From a virus: a stretch of 64,000 nucleotides of DNA. Positions within the stretch are counted from its first letter, which is position 1. Every line of letters starts with the position of its first letter. The DNA lies in the IMG/VR virus record IMGVR_UViG_3300050014_000899. One strand, 5' to 3'. Below the pieces are notes generated by a model. It was not told the origin of the DNA. It saw nothing but the letters and a program-made list of their open reading frames with translations, and did no database searches. This document shows positions 1-11,008 of the stretch, one piece after another. Position numbers and translations under genes: made by a program.

Positions 1-2
1 TT

Positions 3-521
3 GTTGCAACAGGAAATCATACAGAAATAGTTTTGGGATGGGCAACCTTTCATGATATAGGTTCAATTGGAACCCATGCACTTATTGGGGATTTAACCAA
101 AATGGAACTTTACGAATTGGCAAGATATATCAATAAATTTCTTTACAACAAAGAAGTAATACCACCGGATTTGTTCAATGGAAAATTCGTTCCAGCTGCG
201 GAATTACCAGATGCAAAAGAGGATCCAATTGACTATACCGTTCAGAGCGGAATCTGTGCAATGCTTATCAGGGATAGAAAAAATCAAAGACAGATTCTAA
301 AAGAAATTTATGAAGAGGCCCCAAATCCGGATTATTTTCCGGATATTGATGAGGTTCGAAAATATTCAAAAGAAGGTCTTAAAGCTCAGATTGAATTTGC
401 TGTTAAAGCTATGAAAAGATCTGTTTTCAAAGCAGGACAAGCTGCTCCAACCGTAATTATATCTCCAAGAAGTCGGGGATTTAGCAATAGAGAAACACTT
501 ATAAATTACTATAATATTTAA
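3..521 (+). CDS. nadE: NAD+ synthetase, C-terminal part (5' truncated by window edge)
   Basis: Frame is open from position 3 (VATGNHTEIVLGW, a TGNKSE-like motif); also IGDLTKxELYELA and PAAEL (PSAEL-like). Confidence 0.88.
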   Translation, partial: VATGNHTEIVLGWATFHDIGSIGTHALIGDLTKMELYELARYINKFLYNKEVIPPDLFNGKFVPAAELPDAKEDPIDYTVQSGICAMLIRDRKNQRQILKEIYEEAPNPDYFPDIDEVRKYSKEGLKAQIEFAVKAMKRSVFKAGQAAPTVIISPRSRGFSNRETLINYYNI

Positions 522-525
522 AATA

Positions 526-837
526 ATGGAAGAAAAAATAGGTAACACCGCATGTTATTATAAAAGAAAAACTTTATCTTCGATTGCAATTACATTAAAA
601 GATGTTTTTGATCAAATCGATATGGCTGCTTCTAGCGGAAAATACGGAGCCAATATTAAAGAAGAACTATCCGATGATCAATTGGAAGTTCTAGAAGGTC
701 TAGGATTTGAACTAACCGTTTATGATGAAGATGATACGGAATGGGACGAAGGTATCAAATATCTTATAGAATGGGAACAGGCAGATCTTGATGAGGATGA
801 TAATAATTCTAAATATACTGACGGAGACAATAACTAA
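526..837 (+). CDS. hypothetical acidic protein
   Basis: Tightly packed co-directional ORF. Confidence 0.7.
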   Translation: MEEKIGNTACYYKRKTLSSIAITLKDVFDQIDMAASSGKYGANIKEELSDDQLEVLEGLGFELTVYDEDDTEWDEGIKYLIEWEQADLDEDDNNSKYTDGDNN

Positions 838-842
838 AAAAA

Positions 843-1508
843 ATGAAGAATAATAAAGCGTTAATCGTAGTAGATGTACAGAATGATTTCTGTCCAGGGG
901 GAGCATTAGCCGTTACAGAAGGTGATACGATTATACCGATTATCAATAAGCTCCTTCCAGAATTTGAGCTAGTTATTTTTACAAAAGATTGGCATCCAGC
1001 AAGACACAATGGATTTGCATCAAATCATAAAAACGTCAAACCCTTTGAACACTTGATTGTGTGGAACAACAGCGGAGGTTTTGGTGGTGTAATGGATACG
1101 AGTGATGACAATAAAGTTGATCTGGGAATTATGTGGCCCGATCATTGTGTTCAAGATACTCCAGGTGCAGATTTTCATCCCTATCTAGATTTAGGAAAGT
1201 GTAAAGGAGAGTTCTATATCTTTAAAAAAGGAATGGAGACTCATGAGCAGGGTTACAGCGCATTTGAAAAACCTCAATTAGCTTCTTTCTTAGATGGGAA
1301 GGGAATATCTGAACTCTACATTTGCGGGTTGGCTACTGATTATTGCTGCAAACAAACAGCTTTGGATTCTGAAAAATTGGGTTTTGAAACATTTGTTGTT
1401 TTGGATGCTATGAAAGCTATTTCGGACGAAGGAGAAAAAATTGCAATGCTTGAATTAAATAAAAATAACATAAAAATTATTCAATCTTCCGAATTATTAA
1501 CACAATAG
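843..1508 (+). CDS. pncA: nicotinamidase/pyrazinamidase
   Basis: VVDVQNDFCPGGALAV, DWHP, WPDHCVQ and GLATDYC motifs. Confidence 0.97.
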   Translation: MKNNKALIVVDVQNDFCPGGALAVTEGDTIIPIINKLLPEFELVIFTKDWHPARHNGFASNHKNVKPFEHLIVWNNSGGFGGVMDTSDDNKVDLGIMWPDHCVQDTPGADFHPYLDLGKCKGEFYIFKKGMETHEQGYSAFEKPQLASFLDGKGISELYICGLATDYCCKQTALDSEKLGFETFVVLDAMKAISDEGEKIAMLELNKNNIKIIQSSELLTQ

Positions 1509-1544
1509 ACAGAGGCATCATGAATATATAAATAAAACATATTC

Positions 1545-2273
1545 ATGAAAAGAAAATTTAATTTTGTTTATCTAACTATCTGTAAATCCAATGGCAAGTG
1601 TTATGTGGGAAGCCATTGTACGGATCGGACGGATTTAGATGTTAACAGATATTTTGGAGGAGGGGATTTATTTAAAATAGCTTTTAGAAAATACGGAAAA
1701 TCGAAATTTCTTAGAATTATTTTAAAACAATGCGATGATATTATTGAAGCTAGAAATTTAGAAAGACATTATATTGATCTATTTGAAACTCTACGTCCGA
1801 ATGGATATAATATAAGCCCATCTGGCGGGATGGATAGAGGAATGTTTGGAAATCATTCAGAAGAATCCAAATTGCAGATGAGTCAATCAAGGATAGGACA
1901 AGAACCATGGAATAAAGGAAAAACGGGGGTTTATATAACTTCGGAGGAAACTAAGAAAATATTGAGGGACAAAAATTTAGGGGAGAATAATGCTATGTAT
2001 GGGAGAAAAGGAAAAAACTCACCCATATATGGAATCAAGAAATCCCAAGAACATCGAGAAAATCTGGGTAAAGCTAAATTAGGTAATAAAAACCCAAATG
2101 CGGGGCAATATGAAATAATTGATCCCTATGGTAATAAATTTTTAGTTTTGTCGGCAACAGATTTTATAAATGAACATCCAGAATATGGAATTAATCGTCA
2201 TTTTTTATATTCAGCTTCAAAGACAAAAAAACCAAATCATAAAGGATGGAAGGTAATAAAAATACAGGATTAA
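1545..2273 (+). CDS. GIY-YIG homing endonuclease with NUMOD3 repeats
   Basis: FVYLT..CYVGSH, PNGYN, HSEESK/PWNKGK; ATATATAAATA promoter just upstream. Confidence 0.9.
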   Translation: MKRKFNFVYLTICKSNGKCYVGSHCTDRTDLDVNRYFGGGDLFKIAFRKYGKSKFLRIILKQCDDIIEARNLERHYIDLFETLRPNGYNISPSGGMDRGMFGNHSEESKLQMSQSRIGQEPWNKGKTGVYITSEETKKILRDKNLGENNAMYGRKGKNSPIYGIKKSQEHRENLGKAKLGNKNPNAGQYEIIDPYGNKFLVLSATDFINEHPEYGINRHFLYSASKTKKPNHKGWKVIKIQD

Positions 2274-2659
2274 TTGATTGCAATTGTTTACCTATTTTAG
2301 TTGGTGATAAATTTCGGGTTACTAAGCATCAAAATGAATGTTGTAATCATTGGGTTATTTGCGAAGTAAAAGAAGATTTGACTTGCCGATGCGGGTATGG
2401 ATTGTTTTCGGTTGAAACCGGTGAATTAATCTCCAATGCAGCAATAGCAAATTATCGAGTATGATAGAAATCGATCTTAAAACTGAGTTTCCGCCCAAGT
2501 GGATTGGTGTTAGATTCAACGGATCCCGAAAAATGGTTTATCGAATTGATGGAGAGATGGGGTTGGTATTCCACATGAATAAAATTACTGGAGAAAGCGA
2601 TCACAGGTGGGAACATTTTACAAAATTTATAGATAGCAAAACTTCAAAATCACAATAAC

Positions 2660-3076
2660 ATGAATCAGACAGAACAATCAATTTATAATTTTAAAAAAGG
2701 GGATCTAATTACTCGCCTTAAACCGATGGTTGATGGAGATGGATTTAGAGATTTTTCTCTTGTTGGAACAGAAGTTACCTTTATTGGGATCGCTAATGCC
2801 TGCATTTATCTTTCAAAAAGAGCTGATTTCTTTTCTCAAATGCTTTTAGGATTAGCTGTTTCTCAGGTTAAAATTCCTCTGGAATTGGGGCAAGATGGAT
2901 GGGCATTTTATGTCAAACCCGATTTCCTGGAAGATCAGGATCCTACCGAATTTACGGATCAAGGTATGGTTGAAGCTGAAATCCAGAAAGCTATTGAAAA
3001 GGAAGATTATATGAGAGCAGAGTATCTTAAACAAAAGTTAGAAGAACTTTTAAAAAAGAATAAAGATGGAAAATGA
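2660..3076 (+). CDS. hypothetical protein with C-terminal UvrB/UvrC-like coiled motif
   Basis: KAIEKEDYMRAEYLK resembles the UVR motif. Confidence 0.6.
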   Translation: MNQTEQSIYNFKKGDLITRLKPMVDGDGFRDFSLVGTEVTFIGIANACIYLSKRADFFSQMLLGLAVSQVKIPLELGQDGWAFYVKPDFLEDQDPTEFTDQGMVEAEIQKAIEKEDYMRAEYLKQKLEELLKKNKDGK

Positions 3077-3560
3077 AATTGAAGGTTCTATTATAGTTGA
3101 ACCAAACCCAGAATTGGTTCTTTATGCTGTAAGAAGTCAGCAAGGTCAGTATTTTCGTGCTAAGGGTTATCAAGGATATGGTGAAAGTTGGGTAGATACT
3201 CTCCAGGAAGCTAAAATCTATGGCAAAATAGGTATGGCAAAAAGACAAGCCACTTATTGGGGAGCTCATTTTCCTAAATACGGAACTCCGGATGTTATTA
3301 AATTAACACTAGGCTCCATGGAAGTAATTGATCAAAAATCTCGTGTAGAAAAATTCAAGCTTAAAAAAGCTCAGGAAGAAGCTAAAGAAAAGGAAAGAAG
3401 AGCTAAGGAAAGAATAAAAGAAGCTCATGCAGATATTGCTAGGGCTAAAAGAGATATGGAAAATGCTGAAAAGGAGATTCAAAAAATAGGGGAACATTTT
3501 CGAAATCCCAAACTTTCTTTTAACCCCTATGATCCTAGCGAAGACATCGAATTAGATTAA
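3066..3560 (+). CDS. hypothetical phage protein
   Basis: Overlapping co-directional ORF with coiled-coil C-terminus. Confidence 0.7.
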   Translation: MENEIEGSIIVEPNPELVLYAVRSQQGQYFRAKGYQGYGESWVDTLQEAKIYGKIGMAKRQATYWGAHFPKYGTPDVIKLTLGSMEVIDQKSRVEKFKLKKAQEEAKEKERRAKERIKEAHADIARAKRDMENAEKEIQKIGEHFRNPKLSFNPYDPSEDIELD

Positions 3561-3608
3561 AATAGTCTCAAAAATATTTTTTACTTTGGATTCTTTTTTG
3601 TATATTTG
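3560..3608 (+). promoter_or_regulatory. Bacteroidota-type sigma70 (early) promoter
   Basis: TTTG element, T-tract and TATATTTG (TAnnTTTG) upstream of ATG at 3624. Confidence 0.7.
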
Positions 3609-3623
3609 CTTAAAGAATATACA

Positions 3624-4136
3624 ATGAAGACCCTTGTTATACATCCTAAAGATTCCACAACTGATTTTCTTTCAGCTATCTATGCTGACAAGGGTTGGGA
3701 TGTAATCAATACTAATGTTTCAAAAAGTTATTTATGCAGTCAGATCAAAGATCATGACCGCATAATCTTGATGGGCCACGGAACGGATCAGGGGCTTATT
3801 GGTTACAATCATTATGTTATTGATTCACGTTTTGTATATCTTCTTCGTGACCCAAATAAAACTTATATCTTTATCTGGTGTAATTCTGATTTATTTGTTC
3901 AAAAATATAAACTTAAAGCTTTTCATACGGGAATGATCATTTCTGAATATGAAGAGGCCCTTATGTTTTGTATTCCCACAACTTCAGCAGACTTGGATCA
4001 TTCAAACAAAATTCTTGCTACAGCATTTAGACATTCTATAGATAGCAAAGATATGCTTGGAGATATGAGGCTTTTTTATGCTGGGGTTAGTCCTGTTGTT
4101 CAATTTAACCAACATCATTTTTATGATAACCGCTAA
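3624..4136 (+). CDS. hypothetical phage protein
   Basis: ATG at 3624 follows the promoter; 170 aa. Confidence 0.7.
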   Translation: MKTLVIHPKDSTTDFLSAIYADKGWDVINTNVSKSYLCSQIKDHDRIILMGHGTDQGLIGYNHYVIDSRFVYLLRDPNKTYIFIWCNSDLFVQKYKLKAFHTGMIISEYEEALMFCIPTTSADLDHSNKILATAFRHSIDSKDMLGDMRLFYAGVSPVVQFNQHHFYDNR

Positions 4137-4692
4137 CATATCTCAATATGTAGGAATGGATGCAGAACATTATTACTGCACATGGAAAGAAGTTGAAGAA
4201 AGTTTTCCTCGACCCAACTCAGGAGGTTCTCATGGAACTCAAGATCTCAAACATTCCTTAACTTATGCACAAGCTTGTGCATTATCTAGAAAGGACCACT
4301 ATCGCTGGGAGGAAGGAACAAAAACCAATAGATTTGATACAATTGAAGAAATTCATGAGGAACTTCAAAACCAATTTCCCAATCAAACGATTGTAACCTA
4401 CGAGGATGGCCAATTTTATAAAGACATGCTTTATATAAAAGATGGCGTTAATCTAGGAATCAAAGCATTTGGAGAAGTGTGGGTCAATTGTCCCCAATCG
4501 GTTTATACAGATCTTCTTCCAAAAGAAGGTATAAAAATTAAATGTTGTGACTGCGGTCATGAATATACTCTTGATGAGGTAACTACTGAAAGAGATTGGG
4601 CGGGGAGAGGATTAACTCAGTTTATTCGTAAGCGAGATATGGATGACCCCTGCTGCGATTATTTTGATCTCATTTGGAATGTTATATTGTAA
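4123..4692 (+). CDS. hypothetical protein with Cys-rich motifs
   Basis: CCDCGH and PCCDY motifs. Confidence 0.65.
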   Translation: MITANISQYVGMDAEHYYCTWKEVEESFPRPNSGGSHGTQDLKHSLTYAQACALSRKDHYRWEEGTKTNRFDTIEEIHEELQNQFPNQTIVTYEDGQFYKDMLYIKDGVNLGIKAFGEVWVNCPQSVYTDLLPKEGIKIKCCDCGHEYTLDEVTTERDWAGRGLTQFIRKRDMDDPCCDYFDLIWNVIL

Positions 4693-4731
4693 ATATTTTT
4701 TTATTCAAGATATTTGTTGTACATTTACGAT

Positions 4732-5151
4732 ATGAAAAAATTAGCATTGATTCTTTTCTTTTCTCTGGCGCCTTTAATCTGCTTTAGTCAGGTTAAAACA
4801 TCAGGCACTTTTGAAACAGGTTACGAATATCGAAGAACAGTCATTTATCTTGATCCGGAATTCCAGAGAAATACTGGCTGGTTTCCAATGTATGAGAGAG
4901 GGCCTTTTTACGGACATTTTTATGCTGATGCTGAATTGGAAGGTTTTAAACTTTACACATCAGACAAAACTTGGTTCAACAAGGATTCTCAAATTTACTT
5001 TAATCCGCAGGCATCTGAATTCATTATCGGATTATCATACAGCCATAATAAAATAAGTACCGGGTATGAGCACATGTGTACTCATTCATTTGAAGCACAA
5101 AAATTTTCGGATTTTTACGATAGAGTTTACATAAAATTTAAATTATTCTAA
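4732..5151 (+). CDS. secreted/outer-membrane beta-strand protein
   Basis: Signal peptide MKKLALILFF; alternating residues ending in C-terminal Phe. Confidence 0.6.
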   Translation: MKKLALILFFSLAPLICFSQVKTSGTFETGYEYRRTVIYLDPEFQRNTGWFPMYERGPFYGHFYADAELEGFKLYTSDKTWFNKDSQIYFNPQASEFIIGLSYSHNKISTGYEHMCTHSFEAQKFSDFYDRVYIKFKLF

Positions 5152-5488
5152 TGAAAAGAGCTTTAAAAATAACTTCTTGGATAGTTGGAATATTAACTTG
5201 CATTGTCGTTCTCATGCTGGTCATTGCAATGGTTTATGATGTTCCTCTTGGTGGTTTATATGAAGACATTTTTAAACCCATTTTAGTTATTTGGGTAGCA
5301 AGTGTTCTGGCATGGTTATTGATCTATGTTCCGGGAACTTTCAATGGAAAATTTGACAACCTATTATGAAATTATCTCTGCGAAATATAAAAAGAAGGTT
5401 ACGTATCTGGTATAAAAGACAGTGGCCTCACAATATTTGCAAACTTTTTAATGATGCTTATCGTTATTTTGGAACATAATCTTAATCT

Positions 5489-6412
5489 ATGAATATACAA
5501 ACCATATCAATCGTAGTCCCAACAAAGGGATGTGTGAATAACTGCAAATTTTGTTGCAGCAAAATGCATGACTGTCCTTATGAAAATCATTGGGATGAGG
5601 TAGGAATGATGGATCGTATTAAGTATGCTACCATGAATGGAGTCAATACCTGCATTCTTACAGGTACCGGAGAAGCGATGCAGAACATTCCATTTTTGGA
5701 AAAACTATCAAGTTTATTTCATCAGATGGATCGGCCATTTCCAAATATCGAACTTCAGACGACCGGAGTATTTTTGCAGAAGGAAGAAATCAAATCAAAG
5801 TACACTTTTGGCAAATATCCATATCTGGAATTATTGAAAATGCTAGGGGTCAAAACCATTAGTCTTTCGGTTGCAAATGTCTGCGCAAATGGAAAAAACA
5901 TGGAAATCATCGGAGTAAAACCTGCTCTCCAATTTAAACTTGAAGAATTAATCCCTCTTATAAAAGAACGGGGCTTTAATGTTCGTTTGAGCCTTAATAT
6001 GCTAAACTATTATGATCACCTTACCCCTCTAATGCTTCTTCAAAGATGTAAGGAACTTGGAGCAGATCAGGTTACTTTCAGAAAAATGTACAGGGGTCAA
6101 GCTGATACAGAGGAGAACTTTTATGTTTCAGATAATAAATGTTTGGACTCAACCCTCGAAAACATAAAGAAATATGTAGAAGGAGTTCATACAGTAAATT
6201 TTGCAGGTTACCGAACAGATCTTGAGGGTCATGGGACATTTCTTTATCCTCTCCCATTCGGCGGAAAAGTTTATTCAATAATGGGGATGTCAACGGTTAT
6301 GGATGACGATTGCATGTCAAAAGAAGCCGGCGAAGCCCTTAAATATATCATCTTAAGAGAAAACGGAAAGCTTTATTCTCGCTGGGATGACGAAGGTAGT
6401 TTAATCTTTTAA
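5489..6412 (+). CDS. radical SAM protein
   Basis: CVNNCKFC (CxxxCxxC) and LTGTGEA. Confidence 0.9.
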   Translation: MNIQTISIVVPTKGCVNNCKFCCSKMHDCPYENHWDEVGMMDRIKYATMNGVNTCILTGTGEAMQNIPFLEKLSSLFHQMDRPFPNIELQTTGVFLQKEEIKSKYTFGKYPYLELLKMLGVKTISLSVANVCANGKNMEIIGVKPALQFKLEELIPLIKERGFNVRLSLNMLNYYDHLTPLMLLQRCKELGADQVTFRKMYRGQADTEENFYVSDNKCLDSTLENIKKYVEGVHTVNFAGYRTDLEGHGTFLYPLPFGGKVYSIMGMSTVMDDDCMSKEAGEALKYIILRENGKLYSRWDDEGSLIF

Positions 6413-6467
6413 TCACTTAAAAATAAAAATTATAAAAAAGTTATTTATCATAGGGGTAATAATTAGA

Positions 6468-7010
6468 ATGACTTTATCATGCTTCGGGCAGGAAGATTAT
6501 ATTGTTTCTTCTAGTTGTTTTATACATTCAAATATGGGGGAACCCTTTACAGTTTTAGGGTCTTTGGAAAAAGGGTCTCATGTCGGAGTTATTTCATTGG
6601 ATTCTCTTTTTAATTCAACTTTTAAAAGTTGGGATGTTTATTGTAAAATAGTAGACCCCAGTGCTTTATCTAAATATGGATATGTATTAAGAGAAAAAGT
6701 ATCTTCTAAATTGGACCTTCAAAAAGAATTAAAATTACTTCAAAATAGGGTAGAGGCTGTTGACAAAGCATATAAACTTCATAATGCTAATTTAATCAAA
6801 AAATATGGTTCTGTTAATGGAAAAATGATAATAGAAGGAAAAATCTGGATTGGGATGACGGATAAAATGTGCAGAGAAAGTTGGGGTTCCCCCGATGAAA
6901 TAAACAGCAGCACTTATTCTTTTGGAGTTAAAGAACAATGGGTATATGGAAGCTCCTATGTTTATTTTGAAAATGGTATTTGCTCTTCATTTCAACAAAC
7001 AACTAGATAA
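6468..7010 (+). CDS. hypothetical protein
   Basis: IWIGMT..SWGSP..EQWVY C-terminal module. Confidence 0.6.
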   Translation: MTLSCFGQEDYIVSSSCFIHSNMGEPFTVLGSLEKGSHVGVISLDSLFNSTFKSWDVYCKIVDPSALSKYGYVLREKVSSKLDLQKELKLLQNRVEAVDKAYKLHNANLIKKYGSVNGKMIIEGKIWIGMTDKMCRESWGSPDEINSSTYSFGVKEQWVYGSSYVYFENGICSSFQQTTR

Positions 7011-7061
7011 TTTTTTGTATAAATCATTGTCAAAAGCGTAGATATATAAAAATAAAACGCT

Positions 7062-7730
7062 ATGATAATCTATAGAACAACTAATTTAATCAATGGAAAA
7101 ATTTATATAGGAAAGGACAAAAAAGAAAATCCCGCTTATTATGGTTCCGGCATTGTTCTTCGTCAAGCGATAAAAAAATATGGCAAAGAAAATTTCAAAA
7201 AAGAAATTTTAGATAAATGCAGTACTTCGGAAGAACTCAATGAAAAAGAAATTTTTTGGATTAATAAGTTGAAATCATGCAACAGAAAAATCGGATATAA
7301 CAAAAGTTTAGGCGGGGATGGATTTTCGGGTATGCTCCCCGAAACATTTGAAAAAATTCGATTAAAAAATATTGGTCAAAAAAGAACAAAGGAAACAAAA
7401 AATTTGCAAAGTGTTGCATCAAAAGATAAACCCAAATCTGAAGAACATAAAAAAGCATTATCTAAAGCTTGGGAAAAAAGAAAAATCGAAAAACCGCATA
7501 CTCAAGAAACTTTGGATTTAATGAGTAAATCTATGATAGGAAAAAATGTTGGAAAGTATGTGAAAATATATCAATTTAAAGGACCAGATGGAAAAATACA
7601 TCAAACCGATGAGGGATTAGTTAAATTTGCAAAATCTATTCATAAACATCCTATTTCATTCAGGGATTTAATACAAGGAAAAATTAAAGAATATCATGGT
7701 TGGACATATTTACAAACTATAAAAGAATAA
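7062..7730 (+). CDS. GIY-YIG homing endonuclease (Seg-like)
   Basis: IIYRTTNLINGKIYIGK, YYGSG, GYN..GGDG, NUMOD3. Confidence 0.93.
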   Translation: MIIYRTTNLINGKIYIGKDKKENPAYYGSGIVLRQAIKKYGKENFKKEILDKCSTSEELNEKEIFWINKLKSCNRKIGYNKSLGGDGFSGMLPETFEKIRLKNIGQKRTKETKNLQSVASKDKPKSEEHKKALSKAWEKRKIEKPHTQETLDLMSKSMIGKNVGKYVKIYQFKGPDGKIHQTDEGLVKFAKSIHKHPISFRDLIQGKIKEYHGWTYLQTIKE

Positions 7731-7733
7731 AAT

Positions 7734-8912
7734 ATGAATCAAATTATTAAAAGCATCCTAGATAATGACCTTTATAAATTTTCGATGCAATGCGCTGTCA
7801 TGCTACTTTTCCCAAGAGCTAAAGTTCGTTATAAGTTAATAGTTAGAACAAAGGTTGAATTCCCCGAGGGTTTTGCGGAAGAATTGAGAGAACAAATAAA
7901 TAGCATGAGGAATCTTAAACTTGGCGTAGAAGAAAAAACATTTTTCTCTTCTAGATGTAAGTATATGAATCCAATGTACTTCGATTTTCTCGAAGGCTAC
8001 AGATACAATCCTTCTGAGGTTGGGATCATTCAAAATGGTGGGGATCTTCAAATAAACATAGAAGGTTACTGGTATCGCACCATTCTCTGGGAAGTTCCTT
8101 TGATGGCTCTTATTTCAGAGTTATACTTCAAAATGACATTTCATTCAATTTATGATGAAACAACTCGTCATGATCATAATCAGAAAAAAGCAGCCCTTTT
8201 TAATTACAGCAATGTTAAGGTAGCTGATTTTGGAACTAGAAGAAGATATTCTTTCGACATCCAAAAAGAAATGGTAGAGGATCTTAGCCAAAGAATGAAT
8301 TCCGGCTTATTCGTTGGAACTTCAAATGTATTTCTTGCCTACAAATATAATTTAACTCCAATAGGCACTGAAGCTCATGAATGGTTTATGTTTCATGCCG
8401 CAAAATATGGTTTCCAGATGGCAACCGAGCTGGGACTTAAACATTGGTCAGATGTTTATCAAGGTGATCTTGGAACAGTTCTCTCGGATACATTTACTAC
8501 GGATGCTTTCCTGAAATCTTTTGGAAAGAAATATTCAAAACTTTATGATGGACCTCGACAGGATAGCGGAACAGAAATTGTAATTGCTCAGCAATTCATT
8601 GATCATTATAATAAAATGGGTATTGATCCTCTTTCGAAAACCATAGTTTTCTCCAATGCATTAACTCCTGAAAAAGCTATCGAAGTAAACAAATGGTGCA
8701 ACGGACAAATCAAATGTTCATTTGGAATTGGAACCAATTTAAGTAATGATATTGGAGCAGTTCCGCTGAATATGGTTATTAAGATGTCTGCTGCAAAGCC
8801 AGAACCAGAAGACGACTGGATTCCTACTATTAAACTTTCTGATGATGCAGGTAAACATACCGGAGATGAGAAAATGATTGAAGTTTGTAAATATCAACTT
8901 CATATAAAATAA
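7734..8912 (+). CDS. pncB: nicotinate phosphoribosyltransferase
   Basis: LDNDLYKFSM, DFGTRRR, GTSNV, GTEAHEW, RQDSG, FGIGT, KLSD. Confidence 0.97.
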   Translation: MNQIIKSILDNDLYKFSMQCAVMLLFPRAKVRYKLIVRTKVEFPEGFAEELREQINSMRNLKLGVEEKTFFSSRCKYMNPMYFDFLEGYRYNPSEVGIIQNGGDLQINIEGYWYRTILWEVPLMALISELYFKMTFHSIYDETTRHDHNQKKAALFNYSNVKVADFGTRRRYSFDIQKEMVEDLSQRMNSGLFVGTSNVFLAYKYNLTPIGTEAHEWFMFHAAKYGFQMATELGLKHWSDVYQGDLGTVLSDTFTTDAFLKSFGKKYSKLYDGPRQDSGTEIVIAQQFIDHYNKMGIDPLSKTIVFSNALTPEKAIEVNKWCNGQIKCSFGIGTNLSNDIGAVPLNMVIKMSAAKPEPEDDWIPTIKLSDDAGKHTGDEKMIEVCKYQLHIK

Positions 8913-8963
8913 ATTTTTTTCCTACGGTTTTTATTTGTACATTGCGAGTCTAATACTTAATTT

Positions 8964-9887
8964 ATGAAGTATCCCGAAATAGTTGCCAAAACAAAACTTC
9001 TTTATACCGGAGGCGGTGTTCCACTTATCAAACCCGGAGTCTTCACAGACGAATTTATCGACGAACAGATTACTTTAGTAATGGATGAAAAGCTTCTTTC
9101 TGAAAGAGAAATAGATGCTATTGTTCGTTATTGTGTTGATAATAATCTTAATAAAGAGGATAGTGAAAAGCAACTCATGAAATTCCTCAATTGGAATTGC
9201 AAACCAGATGAAAAATTCTGGAGAGAAAGCGGTTCCATCATAATCAAAAAGGAATATTTCAAAACTTGTTCTGGGGAATCGGGAAAAATTCCATGGAATG
9301 CTCTTGGATGGGACGATGTTTTTGGGCCAGAAAGACATGAAACATTTTACAAGCAAAGGAGTTTAATATATGGTTTGGATAATGCCATCAAAACTCTAAG
9401 AGAACTCAGGAAGCAGAAGACTACCCTAAAGTCTCAGAATTCTTACATGTTTAAAAGTGCGGATGAGTATATCAAGGCTATTGAAAATGCCAAAAAAACC
9501 ATCGAAGCTGATGCTATTAAATTTTATAGGGATCCAAATCATTCATTCCAGGATCGTTTGAGTCTTTTTAACATGCTTGGCAAATCGGAGACCTATATCT
9601 TCCATCCTAAACATAAAGGATTGGATAAAATATTTGAGATTCACCAGGAACAAGGATACGTCGAAAGACATCAAAAATATTACTGCTGGGATGTTATCGA
9701 ATGGTGGATGAATCAGATGCTGGAAGGAAGATGCAAAATTGACTATTCAAGAAATCAGTATCACCCGGATCTTAAGCAAAAGAAAAGAAATTATGTTTCT
9801 TCTCAGGCAGCTATTGATAGGCTTTACAATTACTATCTAAATCTTCTGATTGTTGAAGGAGTTAGTGAATTTATATTTGACTGGTAA
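8964..9887 (+). CDS. hypothetical protein
   Basis: 307 aa ORF after an early promoter-like site. Confidence 0.7.
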   Translation: MKYPEIVAKTKLLYTGGGVPLIKPGVFTDEFIDEQITLVMDEKLLSEREIDAIVRYCVDNNLNKEDSEKQLMKFLNWNCKPDEKFWRESGSIIIKKEYFKTCSGESGKIPWNALGWDDVFGPERHETFYKQRSLIYGLDNAIKTLRELRKQKTTLKSQNSYMFKSADEYIKAIENAKKTIEADAIKFYRDPNHSFQDRLSLFNMLGKSETYIFHPKHKGLDKIFEIHQEQGYVERHQKYYCWDVIEWWMNQMLEGRCKIDYSRNQYHPDLKQKKRNYVSSQAAIDRLYNYYLNLLIVEGVSEFIFDW

Positions 9888-11008
9888 TGAAAACAAAAAC
9901 AATCACAGTTTGCGATGCAATTCATATAAACGTACTTTGTGCGTATAATGATTATGCAGACATAAAATGCGGAGGTTCCCCAACATTAGGGTATGACTTT
10001 TTTGTCTCCCCAGATGAAGACAAACTCGCAATGACAAAATTTATTAAGAAATGTCTAAAAGAATATCAGAGACCATTTATCGGACTTGATTATGATATTA
10101 AGAAAGATTTCAAAATCGATAATCTCTGGACAAAAGAAGAAATTGAAGAATGTATTAAACAACACGCCGTATGTTAAAAAAGTATCGGGTTATCAGAGAT
10201 GTAACCTACAATGAATGTTCCTGGTTAGACCGGGATTTTATCGAAGGAGAAATCCTTTATGAATACACAGGTTATACCTATGGCTGCATAAGCTCTAATG
10301 GTATTGCTTTAACCGAAAGCCAAGATGGTGGAGAACCATTTTTCGAATTTCCGTATAATGCAGTGGAGGAAATGTAATATGAAAGAAGAAAAAACTGAAG
10401 ACCCAACAAGTGAATTTGATCCTCTAGGACACTTATCTGGATTTGCTACAGCTAGAACTCATATTGAGATCTTAACGGTTCTCAAAGATAATCTCGATCA
10501 ATTCTCTAAAGATCATTTTACCTGGAAAAGAATATCTATCGTTGATCTAGGGAACCTGGACAAGATAACTTATGAAGTTTATTTTGATGGAGAACTCTTT
10601 TCAACTTATGCCGTTCCATTCGAAAAAATGCTGGTCTTAATAGTTGAAGCTCTTGAAACCGGATACAGATTAGGCGGTAAAACGATTATGAATTTAGTTA
10701 TTGACAGCATGAAAACTCCCGGAAAATGAAAAAATTTCTATTACTTTTTATAATTATTCTCTTCTTTAGTCAATGCCAAATTAGTGTTAGGACTAGAGAA
10801 GCTGCTGCTCAAGATGCAATCGGTTCTCCCGAATATCAGGATCATCCTGCTACATCCTGGACAGTTCAAAAAGATGATGTGACCTATCGAGTTTTTTCCT
10901 TTGGAACTGGCTATAATAGCGCTGCTATTTATGTTGTTAATGTAACCAAAGAAAGACTTGAAATAGAAAAACTCAAATTGGAAATCGCTAAAATAAGAGG
11001 ATACTAAT